This document shows, in pieces, positions 1 to 13,500 of a stretch of DNA of 64,000 bases. Source of the stretch: Squalus acanthias (Eukaryota); NCBI GenBank assembly GCA_030390025.1, contig CM059433.1:25422001-25486000 (forward strand), read 5' to 3'. A model generated the notes under the pieces. It made no database searches and was not told where the DNA came from. It was given only the letters and a program-made list of their open reading frames with translations. Each line of letters starts with the position of its first letter. Within the stretch, counting starts at the first letter, position 1. The position numbers were made by a program, and so were the translations under genes.

Positions 1-135
1 AGCAAGCTGTTGGCGAGGTAGAGCTGAGTGGCATTTGTGCACCCAAGGAAGCTGACCCCATGTCTTTGGATGATGTTGCCAAGGCGCAGCATGTATATGA
101 GGAAGAGCTCAAGCATAGATCAGCGATGGAGAATG
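1..135 (-). mobile_element. L2 LINE reverse-transcriptase remnant
   Basis: The minus strand translates to LFLIYMLRLGNIIQRHGVSF..TQLYL, matching the L2 RT segment around YADD (here decayed). Confidence 0.6.
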
Positions 136-989
136 CCGAGAGAGGCCGAGAGGGTAGCTGTGAGCTTATCGGAGAGGGATTCAAGCCTGGGATAACAGTG
201 GGAGAGTTAGAAGGCAGTGACGGGTTGCCTTAGGATGGGGGGGCCAAGTACCCAAGAGGAGGGAAATGAAAGATGGCATGACTGGATGACAGAAAGTGGA
301 GGAGACAGGAGACAAAGGCCTGAGGGGGACCAAGAGAAAAAAAAGGAGTTAGAAGTAATAGGCTCAGATCCAGAACGGCTGCCAAAATGTGAACACAATA
401 AACACAGAGGGATTCAGGTTACACAGGTATGGTAGGGATTATGAGAGACATGTCCTGGTTGCAAACAGGGAGGAGACAATACGAGAGAGTCCATAGTTAA
501 AATTCTGAGGTTCAGTGGTGGGATGAAATTAATTTCTAGTCAGCTTGAAGCATTGACAAGCCAATGTCCAGGTGCGGAGGTAGTCATGGAGAGGGAATGA
601 ATGCAGGAGCTGTTGGAGTGGCAGGGTGTATTGTTGGTTGGAAGCTGTCCAGTGGGCACAGAGAGCTGAGATCATGCTGCATTTACAGTACATCATTGCT
701 GCAACCAATAGTAGCGCAGCTTCAACAGTAGCGTTTGAATGGAAATGAGGTGCGCTTTTCCCTAGAATGTAAATGCGCGATGATGTCAAAGGTGAGCAGC
801 AGCTGGCTCCTGTTCTTCTGCTGGCTGGCAGGCTCAGAGTTCCATCCATACAGGACAGGAATGCAGTTTCCTCATTGCTGATCCATAGACATTTTTCCCA
901 GCCATTGGGGAAGACTCATGACTAGAAAATGGAAAGTTCCAATTTTTAATTTGAAACAACTGCACATGCACAGATTAAAGATGGGCTTA

Positions 990-1760
990 GAGGGAGAGGT
1001 ACAAGTGATACCAAAATACGAGGTATAATTAATTCTTTAGACGATCAAAGGAAACTGCAAAGGGATATTGATAAGGTGGGGAATGGGATGAAAAGTGGCA
1101 GATGGAGTTCAACGAGCTGATACATTTTGGTAAAAAAAGAGCAGTAATTGTACTCTGAATGGAAGTAGGCTCCGTGCTGTGGAAGAGCAGAGGACTTGGG
1201 TTACAGGTTTGCCAGCAATGTCAACATCCAACATCAGATTACATCGGAACATAGGAACAGGAATAGGCCATTCAGCCCCTCGAGCGTGTGTTGCCATTCA
1301 GTTAGATGATGGCTGATTTGTATCTTAACTTCATCTCTCCGCCTTGGTTCCATAACCCTTAATACCCTTGCCAATAATAGTCCATCAATATCAGTTTTGA
1401 AATTTTCAATTGACCCCCAGCCTCAATTGCTTTTTGGGGAGTTCCAGATTTCCACTAGCCTTTGTGTGAAGAAATGCTTCCTGACATCACGCCTGAAAGT
1501 CCTAACATTAATTTTAAGGTTATGCCCCTTTGTTCTGGACTCCCCCACCAGAGGACATGGTTTCTCACTACCTATCCTATCAATTCCTTGAATTGCCTTA
1601 AACACTTCAGGTGGATGAAGGAAACAAAGTTGAAACGATATGGGAACAGGATGGGTAAATGTGATTAGAACTATTTGCTCATGTGAAGGGTAAACATGGA
1701 CACAGACTGGCTAGACCAAATGGGCTGTTTCCGTCTTGTAACTTTTAACTTCTATGCATG
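990..1760. mobile_element. CR1 LINE 3' fragments in both orientations
   Basis: RT C-terminal remnants, with minus-strand TKGHNLKI..FFTQRLVEIWN and a CR1-type 3' tail. Confidence 0.75.
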
Positions 1761-2703
1761 ATCCTGTCAGTGGTCTGAAATCTGCCTCACAGTATAAGTG
1801 GCGGGGATTCCTGCACACCAGCTGCCAAGACAAACCAAACTACCTCTATTTAGAAAAATTCTGCATAATAAAAAGATAATGATCAGTCTGTGAAGTGACT
1901 GTTGGATAATCTCACTCAAGGAAGCAGTTATATCAGCTGGCGTTAGAAATGCAAATTTTTTTAATTTGTTCCTGGGATGTGGGCAAGGCCAGCATTTATT
2001 GCCCATCCATAATTGCCCATGAAACGGTGGTGGTGAGCCGCCTTCTTGAACCGCTGCCGTCCGTGTGGTGAAGGTACTCCCACAATGCTGTTAGGGAGGG
2101 AGTTCCAGGACTTTGACCCAGCGACGATGAAGCAATGGCAATATATTTCCAACTCAGGATGGTGTGTGACTTGGAGGGGAACATGCAGGTGATGGTGTTC
2201 CCATGCGCCTGCTGCCCATGTCCTTCTAGGTGGTAGAGGTCGCGGGTTTGGGAGGTGCTGTTGAAGAAGCCTTGGTGAGTTGCTGCAGTGCATCTTGTAT
2301 ATGATGTACACTGCAGCCATGGTGTACCGGTGGTGGAGGGAGTGAATGTTTAAGGTGGTGGATCAGGTGCCGATCAAGCGGGTTGCTTTGTCCTGGATGG
2401 TGTCGAGCTTCTTGAGTGTTGTTGGAGCTGCACTCATCCAAGCAAGTGGAGAGTATTCCATCACACTCCTTAATTGTGCCTTGTAGATGGTGGAAAGGCT
2501 TTGGGGAGTCCGGAGGTGAGACACTCGGCGCAGAATACCTAGCCTCTGACCTGCTCTTGTAGCCACAGTATTTATGTGGCTGGTCCAGTTAAGTTTCTGG
2601 TCAATAGTGACCCCCAGGATGTTGATGGTGGGAGATTGATTCAAAGATGGTAATGCCGTTGAATGTCCATGGGCAGTGGTTAGACTCTCTCTTATTGAAG
2701 ATA

Positions 2704-4067
2704 AAAATGAGAAGTTGCACAACACCAGGTTATAGTCCAACAGATTTATTTAAAATTACAAGCTTTCGGAGCTGTCGCCCCTTCCTCAGGTAGAGTTACT
2801 GTGAGACAATCTACCAGAATTCACAGAATATAAACACAGAGAAAATGCATTCAATCTTTCCCTACATCAAAGACACACTAAGAGCACAGCCAAGACAATG
2901 AGATGTGTCCCAGGGGGTCCAACGTGTCAAAACACCTGCTGGCTGCATATCCTCTCCATTTGGGTTTGTTTCTTGTGTTTGTTTCTTGTGTTTGTTTTTT
3001 TAAAAAGCTGGAAAAACCGGCAACGATGTCAAGTCACATTCTGTATCGTGACATGAACCCGATATCCCGATTGAGGCCGTCCTCAGTGCGCAACTTGGCT
3101 ATCAGTTTCTGCTCGATGATTTTGCGTTGTCGTGTATCCCGAAGGCCGCCTTGGAGAACGCTAACCCGCAGATCCGAGGCTGAATGCCCTTGACTGCTGA
3201 AGTGTTCCCTGACTGGGAGGTAACCATCCTGCCTGGCGATTGTTGCGCGGTGTCCGTTCATACGTTGTCTCAGTGTCTGCATGGTCTCGCCGATGTACCA
3301 TGCTCTGGGGCATCCTTTACTGCAACGTATCAGGTAGACAACGTTGGCCGAGTCACATGGTACATGGTACATACTCATGTGACTCGGCCAACGTTGTCTA
3401 CCTGATACGTTGCAGTAAAGGATGCCCCAGAGCATGGTACATCGGCGAGACCATGCAGACACTGAGACAACGTATGAACGGACACCGCGCAACAATCGCC
3501 AGGCAGGATGGTTGCCTCCCAGTCGGGGAACACTTCAGCAGTCAAGGGCATTCAGCTTCGGATCTGCGGGTTAGCGTTCTCCAAGGCGGCCTTCGGGATT
3601 CACGACAACGCAAAATCATCGAGCAGAAACTGATAGTCAAGTTCCGCACTCATGAGGACGGCTTCAATCGGGATATCGGGTTCATGTCACGATACAGAAC
3701 ATGACTTGACATCATTGCCGGTCTTTCCAGCTTTTTTAAAAAACAAACACAAGAAACAAACACAAGAAACAAAACCAAATGGAGAGGATATGCAGCCAGC
3801 AGGTGTTTTGACACGTTGGACCCCCTGGGACACATCTCATTGTCTTGGCTGTGCTCTTAGTGTGTCTTTGATGTAGGGAAAGATTGAATGCATTTTCTCT
3901 GTGTTTATATTCTGTGAATTCTGGTAGATTGTCTCACAGTAACTCTACCTGAGGAAGGGGTGACAGCTCCGAAAGCTTGTAATTTTAAATAAATCTGTTG
4001 GACTATAACCTGGTGTTGTGCGACTTCTCATTTTTGTCCACCCCAGTCCAATGCCGGCATCTCCACA
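2704..4067. mobile_element. Penelope-like element: 1.36-kb palindrome of two GIY-YIG/pLTR halves
   Basis: Mirror ORFs 3034-3495(-) and 3240-3704(+) with VVYLIRC..WYIGET..RMNGHR (GIY-YIG); 12-bp TSD ttattgaagata at 2692-2703 and 4068-4079. Confidence 0.92.
3945..3985 (+). ncRNA. Hammerhead ribozyme core in Penelope pLTR (mirror copy on the - strand at about 2755-2795)
   Basis: CTGAGGA, an imperfect stem II, GAAA, then palindromic AAGCTT; matches minimal PLE-associated hammerheads. Confidence 0.65.
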
Positions 4068-7000
4068 TTATTGAAGATAGTCATTGCCTGGCAGTTGTGT
4101 GGTATGAATGTTACTTGCCACTTATCAGCCCAAGCCTGAATGTTGTCCAGGTCTTGCTGCATGCGGGCATGGACTGCTTCATTATCTGGGGAGTTGCGAA
4201 TGGAACTGAACACTGTGCAATCATCAGTGAACATCCCCACTTCTGAACTTATGATGGAGGGAAGGTCATTGATGAAGCAGCTGAAGATAGTTGGGCCTAG
4301 GACACTGCCCTGAGAACTCCTGCAGTGATGTCCTGGAGCTGAGATGATTGACCTCCAACAACCACAACCATCTTCCTTTGTGATAGGTATGACTCCAGCC
4401 AGTGAGAGTTTTCCCCCTGATTCCCATTGACTTCAATTTTACTAGGGCTCCTTGATGCCACACTCAGTCAAATGCTGCCTTGATGTTAAGGGCAGTCACT
4501 CTCATCTCACCTCTGGAATTCAGCTGTTTTGTCCATGTTTGAACGAAGGCTGTTGTGAGGTCTGGATCTGAGAGGTCCTAGTGGAACCCAAACTGTGCAT
4601 TAGTGAGCAGGTTATTGGTGAGTAAGTGCCGCTTGATGGCACTGTCAACGACACCTTCCATCACTTTGCTGATGATTGAGAGTAGACTGATGGGGTGGTA
4701 ATTGGTCTGATTGGATTTGAATGCTTTTTGTAGACAGGACATACCTGGGCAGTTCTCCACATTGTTGGGTAGATGCCAGTGTTGTAGCTGTACTGAAACA
4801 GCTTGGCTAGAGGCGTGGCTAGTTCTGGAGCACAAGTCTTCAGCGCGACAGCCAGGATGTTGTCAGGGCCCATAGCCTTTGCTGTATCCAGTGCGCTCAG
4901 CCGTTTCTTGATATCACGTGGCATGAATTGAATTGGTTGAGGACTGGCTTCTGTGATGGTGGGAACCTCAGGAGGAGGCCGATGTGGATCATTCACTCGG
5001 CACTTCTGGCTGAAGATGGTTGCAAATACTTCAGCCTTGTCTTTTGCACTCACATGCTGGGCTCCGCCATCATTGAGGATGGGGATATTCTTGGAGCCTC
5101 CTCCTCCCGTTAGTTGTTTAATTGTCCACCACCATTCCTGACTGGATGTTGCAGGACTGCAGAGCTTTGATCTGATCTGTTGATTATGGGATCGCTTAGC
5201 TCTGTCTATAGCACGCAGCTTTCGCTGTTTAGCAAGCATGTAGTCCTGTGTTGCAGCTTCTCCAGGTTGTCACCTCATTTTTAGGTACACCTGGTGCTGC
5301 TCCTGGCATGCTCTTCTACACTCCTCATTGAACCAGGGTTGGTTGCCTGGCTTGATGTTCATGGTAGTGTGAGGAATATGCTGGGCCACTATGCTACAAA
5401 TTGTGGTGAAGTACAATTCTGCTGCTGCTGTTGGCCCACAGCACCCCATGGATGCCCAGTTTTGAGCTGCTAGATCGGTTCTGAATCTGTCCCATTTAGT
5501 ACGGTGATAGTGGCACACAACACGATGGAGGGTGTCCTCAGTGTGAAAACGGGTCTTCGTCTCCACAAGGACTGTGCGGTGGTGACTGCTGCCAATGCTG
5601 TCATGGACAGATGCATCTGCGACAGGTAGATTGGTGAGGACGAGGTCACGTAGGTTTTTCCCTCATGTTGGTTCTCTCACCACCTGCCGCAGGTCCAGTT
5701 TGGTAGCTATGTCCTTCAGGACTCGGCCAGCTCGGTTAGTTGTTGTGCTACCGAGCCACTCTTGGTGATGGATGTTGAAGTCTCCTACCCAGAGTACATT
5801 CTGTGCCCTTGCTACTCTCAGTGCTTCTTCCAAGTGGTGTTCAACATGGAGGAGTACTGATTCATCAGCTGAGGGAGGGCGGTAGGTGGTAATCAGCAAA
5901 AGCTTTCCTTGCCCATGCTTGACTTGAAGCCATGAGGCTTGATGGGGTCCAGAGTCAATGTGGAGGACTCCCAGGGCCACTCCCTTCCGACTGTATACCA
6001 CTGTACCTCCACCTCTGGTGGGTCTGTCCTGCCAGTGGGACAGGGCATACCCAAGGATGGTGATGTAGGCATTTGGGATGTTGGCTGCAAGTTCTGATTC
6101 TGTGAGTATGACTATGTCAGGCTATTGCTTTGACTAGTCTGTGTGACAGCTCTCCCAATTTTGACACAAGTGCCCAGATGTTATTGAGGAGGACTTTGCA
6201 GGGTTGACTGGGCTGGGTGTGCCGTTGTCGTGTCCGAAGTCGGTGCCGAGGTCGGTGACAGGTGGTCCGTCCGGTATTATTCTTATTATCGTTTTCTAAA
6301 GCAGTTTGTTACAACTGAGTTGCTTGCTCGGCCATGTCAGAGGATAGTTAAGAGTCAACCACATTGCTGTGGGTCTGGAGTCACATATAGGCCAGACCAG
6401 GTAAGGACGGCAGATTTCCTTCCCTAAAGGACATTAGTGAACCAGATGGGTTTTTATGACAATCCGATAGTCCAGGCCTCTGGATTACTAGTCCAGCAAC
6501 ATAACCACTATGCTACCGTTCCCGCAAACGGCACTTCATTGACTAACTGGAGTCACCATATTGTTGGACCAGTGTAGAGAGAATGGTCTGTTCTTGGAAT
6601 GTTTAATGCGTAATATATTTCATTGCTGGCACAATTACAAAGTGGAAGAATTTGTGAAACTCGTCCCAGTTGCGTGTTTTGGAGCCATTTTGATTGCATA
6701 GTGAGCATTTGTATTGTAATATAATTGAGCTGCTCATTTCACCAAACCTCAAACAGGGGCAAGTATTCAAGATGTCTTGTCTTTCGAGCCATAGATCTGG
6801 GTTTTCATGAAGCCACAGACATTATGATAAGTCACAGGCCCTGCCAGTGAAATGGAATTTCAGAAAATTTACTCCAATATTTACAGCTGTGAAACAAAGC
6901 TCCTCTCAAACAGGGAGTGATTGCTTCCCCTCCCTGGTGGGTCCACAATCCCAAACAATTAGCTCTATCTCTATTTTACAGCACAGTAATCAATGCTAAC

Positions 7001-7334
7001 ACCTGGGTGAACTTTGCATCTAACTTTTGCTGAGCAGACCACCTAGACAGAGGTGAGTTGTCTGTCTTTGATGGCAGCCTGCATCCCCGTCAGCAATGTG
7101 GATTCCTTTCAATCAAGAGAAATCAAGTCTGCAGAGCATTTCCTCAAAATGCAATTGATAGAAACCATTGTAAAGTGCCACAAGGCCACAGATCTTTGCT
7201 CAAAGTACATCAAATAAAGGGGCCGTTAATGCGATTCCTAGCTCAGAGACAGAACTGCCTCTCCCGAGGTGCTGGCACCTTGAATTAGCTCACTTTGCTC
7301 TGTAATCGGCTCATTTACATTATTTGACATTAGT

Positions 7335-7610
7335 TTGCATAGTGATCATAGTAACTGGACTAGCAAAATTCAAATCCCATCATGGCAAGTTGTGAAATTG
7401 AATTCAATATACTGCTAGTTCGTGGGCTGGAACAAGAAAGAATGATGAGGAAACATGCCAGATTGTCATCGAAACCCAAGTAATTTATTAATGTCCTTCA
7501 GGGATGGGAGTCTACCCAGTCTGCTCGACACCTGACTCCAGTCCCACATTACGTGGTTGACTTCTAGTGAGCCAATCGCTACAAAGTTACAAATAGCAAA
7601 ATATTGGTAA
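7335..7610 (+). mobile_element. Old copy of the tRNA-headed SINE related to LINE family A
   Basis: gcatagtg..actggactag..ttcaaatcccatcatggca..taatgtccttcaggga..gactccag..gtggttgact is colinear with the family A 5' region. Confidence 0.65.
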
Positions 7611-7644
7611 TGATGCAGATATCATATCAAGCATAGAATCATGG

Positions 7645-8440
7645 AATAACCTCCCTCAGGAGCCGATGTCTCACAAATTGAGCCATCTCTCGGGAATTCC
7701 CTCTGTGCCATTCCAGTCTGCGTGGAGAGTTTTCCTGTATGGGCTGCTCCCGCACACGCTCCATTTCCTCACCCTCATCCGCCGTCCGAACATGTCCTGG
7801 CGTACCATCTTACCATCCGGAAGAGGTGGGGGTCCCCAGTGGGAGGCTCTCTACGCAGGAGTCCTCCCCTTTTCCATTGGGGATCTGGGGTGGAGAGTGT
7901 TGGACAGAGCAGTCCCGAAATAAGTCCGTGTTCCATGTATACAGTGAGTGTGAGAGGTTGCAGTCCCTGTTCCACTATTTGATGGGGCTGCTCCTCAATT
8001 TTTGGCTGCACGTCAGTGTCACGCTCCTGTTCTTTGGCCACCCAGTGCAGAGGGCAGCAGGAAAATCAGAGGACCTCCTCACAGGACTGCTCCTGGGCCC
8101 GGCCAAGGTGGCCATAAACAGGTCCAGGCAGCAGGCAGTCGAGGGGGTCGTTCGGCCTGACAGTCAGCCTCTCTTCCGCGGCTATGTTCGTGCCTAAGTG
8201 TCCCTGGAGATGGAGCTCGCGGTGTCCGCCAGCAAGCTTGAGGCCTTCCGCAATTGGTGGGCACCGCAGGGACTGGAGTGCTTCATCAACCCTCAGAATA
8301 GGATTTTAATTTGATTTTGTTAAGTTTCCTTTAAACTTTTGTTTAATTTACAGTTTATGGGGAGTGCCCCTTTAAGAAGGGGGCACTTGCTACCTTTTAT
8401 AATTGGTGATGACATCAGTCACCAGTTAAGTAATTAACAT
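7645..8440 (+). mobile_element. L1/Tx1-clade LINE ORF2 C-terminus and 3' UTR
   Basis: DLGWRVLDRAVP..HVYSECERL..LLFFGHP..AKVAINRSR resembles the Tx1/L1 C-terminal zinc-binding region. Confidence 0.65.
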
Positions 8441-8444
8441 AAAA

Positions 8445-9390
8445 GATAGAATCATGAACAAGTGTAGCACAGAAGGAGGCCATTTGACTCATCGTGCCGG
8501 TGCTGGCTCTTTGAAAGAGCTATCCAATTAGTCCGATTTCCCTGCTCTTTCCCCATAGCCCTGCAAATTATTCCCCTTCAAGTATTTATACCACTTCCCT
8601 TTTGAAAGTTATTATACGCTGTGTTAAAAAAATTCTCCTCAACTCACTTCTGGTTCTTTTGCCAATTATCTTAAATCTGTGTCCTCTAGTTACTAGCCTT
8701 TCTGCCACTGGAAACAGTTTCTCCTTATTTACTCTATCAAAACCCTTCTTGATTTTGATCAAATCTATTAAGTCTCCCCATATCCTTCTCTGCTCTGAGG
8801 AGAACAACCCCAGCTTTTCCAGTCTCTCCAAATAACTGAAGTCCCTTAGCCCTGGTACCATTCTAGTAAATCCCCTCCGCACCCTCTCGAAGGCCTTGAC
8901 GTCTTTCCTGAACTGTGGTGCCCAGAATTAGCCACAATACTCCAGCTGGGACCTAAGCAGTGTTTAATACAGGTTTACCATAACTTCCTTGCTTTTGTAC
9001 TCTATGCTTCTGTTTATAAAGCCAAGGATCCCGTATGCTTTTTTAACAGCCTTCTCAACTTGTCCGGCCACCGTCAAAGATTTGTGTACATACACCCCCA
9101 GGTGTCTCTGTTTCTGCACCCCCTTTAAAATTGTACCATTTAGTTTATATTGCCTCTCCTCATTCTACCAAAATGAATCACTTCACAGTTCTCTGCATTG
9201 AATTTCATCTGCCATGTGCCTGCCCATTTCACCAGTCTGTCTACGTCCTCCTGAATTCTGTTACTATCCTCCTCACTGTTTACTACATTTCTGAGTTCTT
9301 TGTGATTTACAAACTTTGAAATCATGCCCTGTATACCCAAGTCCGGGTAACTAATATATATCAAAAAGAGCAGTGGTTTTATTACCGAAT
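8445..9390 (-). mobile_element. CR1 LINE 3' fragment
   Basis: ORFs RLVKWAGTWQMKFNAENCEVIHFG and FSYLERLEKLGLFS..TRGHRFK; contains an uninterrupted copy of the Harbinger target actcTATgc at about 8999-9007. Confidence 0.9.
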
Positions 9391-9399
9391 AAGTGACAA

Positions 9400-10058
9400 C
9401 ACTAAATTAGGTGACACCGTAAGTAGTGCAGATGGATAGGTAAGAAAAAATAATTTAAAAGGTTAAAGGAATTTTTGCCTTTATCTCAAGGGGGCTGGAA
9501 TATAAAGGGATGGAACATGCGCTACAGTTATATATAGTTCTGGTCAGACTGCATCTGGAATACTGCGTTCAGTTCTGGGAACCGCACCTCGGGGAGGGGA
9601 GGGCTGCGCAGATTTACCAGAACGATAACCGGGCTAAAAGGGCTCAATTATGAGGACAGATTGCATAGACTTGGCTTGTAGTCCCTTGAGTATAGAAGAT
9701 TAAGGGGTGATCTAATTGAGGTGTTTAAGGTGATTAAAGGAGTTGATAGGGATGGGGAATCCAGATCAAAGGGGCATAACCTTAAAATTAGAGCCAGGCC
9801 GTTCAGGGGTGAAATCAGGAAGCACTTCTTCACGCAAAGGGTAGTGGAAATCTGGAACGCTCTCCCCCAAAAAGCTGTTGAGGCTGGAGGTCAATTGAAA
9901 ATTTCAAAGCTGAGATCGATAGATTTTTGTTAGGCAACAGTATTAAGGGTTATGGAACCAAGATGGGTAGATGGAGTTACGGTACAGATCAGCCATGATC
10001 TAATTGAATGGCAGAACAGACTCGAGGGGCTGAATGGCCGATTCCTGTTCCTATGTTC
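9400..10058 (+). mobile_element. CR1 LINE 3' fragment
   Basis: SKGHNLKIRARPFRGEIRKHFFTQRVVEIWN and a 3' tail ending cctatgttcc. Confidence 0.85.
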
Positions 10059-10059
10059 C

Positions 10060-10575
10060 ATCTCCCTCCAGCTAGGACACCTGGTTCAATGGGTAGTGTA
10101 GAAAGACATGTCAGACACAGCACCAGGCATATCTTAGAATGAAGCACAATCCTAGCAAAGCTACAACACGGGGCTACCTGCATGCTAAATGTTAAAAACA
10201 TATACAGAGCTAAGCGATCCCAAAAATGATGAATCCGAGCAACGCTCTGTAGCCCTGTCACATCCAGTTGAGAATGGCGGTGGATGCTCGATAAATATCC
10301 CCGTTCTCAACCATGGTGGAGCCCTGTATGTGAGTGCAAGACACAAGGCTGAGGTATTTGGCAGCACCTTCAGATAAAAATGCTGGGCGAATGATTGTAT
10401 TGACCTCTCAAGGTCCCCACCATCATTGATGTCTGTGTCTAGCCAATTTAGTTCACTCCACATGACATTGAGAAGCGGCTGAGTTCATTGAACACAACGA
10501 AGACTGTGAAAATATCTCAGCAGTAGTGCTGAAAATCTGTACACCAGAATTAATTGAGCTGTTCCAGTGCAGCTA
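10060..10575 (+). mobile_element. Diverged fragment related to LINE family A
   Basis: GGGCSINIPVLNHGGALYVSARHKAEVF resembles family A GGGSKNIPILNDGGAQHVSAKDKAE. Confidence 0.7.
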
Positions 10576-13500
10576 TTTTTTTGTTATTCATTCACTTGAA
10601 GTGAGCGTCGCTGGCAAGGCCAGCATTTATTGCCCATCCCTAATTGCCCTTGAGAAGGTGGTGGTGAGCCGCCTTCATGAACCAATGCAGTCTGTGTGGT
10701 GAAGGTACTCCCACAGTGTTGTTAGGTAGGGAGTTCCAGAATTTTGATCCAGCAACGATGAAGGAACGGTGATATATTTCCAAGTCAGGGTGGTATGTGA
10801 CTTGGAGGGGAACTTGGAGGTGGCGGTGTTTCCATGCGCCTGCTCCCCTTGTCCTTCTAGGTGGTAGAGGTCGTGGGTTTAGGAGGTTCTGTTGAAGAAA
10901 CCTTGGCGAGTTGCTGCAGTGCATCTTGTAGATGGTGCACACTTCAGCTGTGATGCGCATGTGGTGGAGGGAGTGAATGTTTAAGGTGGTAGATAGGGTG
11001 CCATTCAAGTGGACTGCTTTGTCCTGGATGATATTGAGCTTCTTGAGTGTAATTGGAGCTGTATCCAGGCAAGTGGAGAGTATTCCATCACACTTCTGAC
11101 TTGTGCTTTGTAGGTTGTGGAAAGGCTTTGGGAAGTCAGAAGGTAAGTAATTTTCCACAGAATACTCAGCCACTGACCTGCTCTTGTAGCCACCACAGTT
11201 TTTATGTGGCTGGTCCAGTTAAGTTTCTCATCAATTGTGACCCCCAGGATGTTGATGGTAGGTGATTTGACAATCGTAATTCCCTTGAATGTCAACCGGG
11301 AGGTGGTTAGAATCTCTCTTGTTGGAGATGGAGCCTGGCACTTGTGTGGCGTGAATGTTACTTGCCACTTATCAGCCCAGGCCTGACTGTTGTTCAGGTC
11401 TTGCAGTATGCAGGCACGGACTGCTTCATTATCTGAGGAATTGTGAATTTAACTGAACACTGTGCAATCATCAGCGATCATCCCCATTTCTGACCCTATG
11501 ATGGAGGGAAGGTCATTGATGAAGCAGCTGAAGTTGGTTGGGCCTAGGACACTGCCTTGAGGAACTCCTGCAGTGATGTCCTGGGCTGAAATGATTGGCC
11601 TCCAACAACCACAACCATCTTCCTTTGTGCTAGTTATGACTCTAGCCAGTGGAGAGTTTTCCCCCTAATCCCCATTGACTTCAGTTTTACTAGGGCTCCT
11701 TGGTGCCACCCTCGGTCAAATGCTGCCTCGATGTCAAGGGCAGTCACTCTCACCTCACCTCTGGAATTCAGCTGTTTTGTCCATGTTTAGACCAAGGCTG
11801 TAATGAGGTATGGAACCGAGTGACCTTGAAGGAATCCAAACTGAGCATCTGTGAGCAGGTTATTGGTGAGTAAGTGCCGTGATACCACTGTCAACGACAC
11901 CTTCCATCACTTTGCTGATGATTGCGAGTAGACTGATGGGGCAGTAATAATCGGATTGGATTTGTCCTTCTTTTTGTGGATAGGACATACCTGGGCAATT
12001 TTCCACTTTGTCGGACAGATGCTAGTGTTGTAGCTGTACTGGAACAGCTTGGCTAGAAGCGCGGCTAGTTCTGGAGCACAAGTCTTCAGTACTACAGCTG
12101 GGATGTTGTCGGGGCCCATAGAATTTTCTGTATCCAGTGCGCTCTGCCGTTTCTTGATATCATGTGATGGATCATCCACTCGGCACTTCTGGCTGAAGAT
12201 GGTTGTGAACGCTTCAGCCTTGTCTTTTGCACTCATTTGCTGGACTCTGCCGTCATTGAGGATGGAGATGTTCATCAAACCTCCTCCTCCCGTTAGTTGT
12301 TTAATTGTCCACCACCATTCATGACTGGAAGTGGCAGGTCTGCAGAGCTTTGATCTGATCCATTGTTTGTGGGATCACTTCGCTCTGTTTATTGCATGCT
12401 GCTTCTGCAGTTTAGCATGCATGTAGTCCTGGTTTGTTGCTTCACCAGTTTGACACCTCATTTTTAGGTACGCCTGCTGCTGCTCCTGACATGCTTTTCT
12501 AAACTCCTCATTGTACCAGGGTTGGTCCCCTGGCTTGATGGTAATGGTAGAGTGATGGATACGCCGGGCCATGAGGTTACAAATTGTGGTGGAATACAAT
12601 TCTGCTGCTGCTGATGGCCCACAGTGCCTCATGGATGCCCAGTTTTGAGCTGCTCCATCTGTTCTGAATCTATCCCATTTAGCACGGTGGTAGTGCCACA
12701 CACTTTGCTGGAAAGTGTCCTCAGTATGAAGACGGGACGTTGTCTCCACAAGGACTGTGCGGTGGTCACTGCTACCAATATTGTTCTTCAGCTATGTCCT
12801 CGGCCAGCTTGGTCAGTAGTGGTGCTACCTAGCCACTCTTGGTGATGGACATTGAAGCCCTCCATCCAGAGTACATTCTGTGCCCTTGCTACCCCCAGTG
12901 CTTCTTCCAAGTGGTGTTCAACATGGAGGAGTACTGATTCATTAGCTGAGTGAGGGCGGTAGGTGGTAATCAGCAGGTGGTTTCCTTGCCCATGTTTGAC
13001 CTGATGCCAAGAGACTTCATGGGGTCCGGAGTCAATGTTGAGGACTCCCAGGGCAATTCCCTCCCTGTATACCACTGCGCCACCACCTCTGTTGGGTCTG
13101 CCTGCTGGTGGGACAGGACATACCCAGGGATGGTGATGGAGGAATCTGGGACGTTGGCTGATAGGTATGATTCAGTGAGTAAAGACAGAAAGAAAGCAAG
13201 TCTTGCATTTATATAGCGCCTTTCATGACCACCAGATGTCTCAAAGTGCTTTACAGCCAATGAAGTACTTTTTGAAGCGGAGTCACTGTTGTAATATGAC
13301 TATATCAGGCTATTGCTTGACTAGTCTATGGGACAGCTCTCTCAATTTTGGCACAAGTCCCCTGATGTTAGTGAAGAGGACTTTGCAGGGTCAACTGGGC
13401 TGGGTGTGCCTTTGGCGTGTCTGAAACCAATGCCTAGGTCGATGCCGGGTGGTCCATCCGGTTTTATTCTTCTTATACTTTTTTATAGCAGTTTGATACA

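Larger units (their letters stand above)
1956..6523 (-). mobile_element. Single-ORF EN-RT LINE (CR1 group, family A), near full-length copy 1 with tRNA-like 5' head; interrupted by a Penelope insertion
   Basis: APE motifs (TYRPP, GDFNIHH, REPT) and RT motifs (GPDNI, PISLLS, FTDDC) in broken ORFs; poly-A tail at 1956-1962; tRNA-like head ending at 6523; gcaaa on both flanks (possible 5-bp TSD). Confidence 0.9.
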
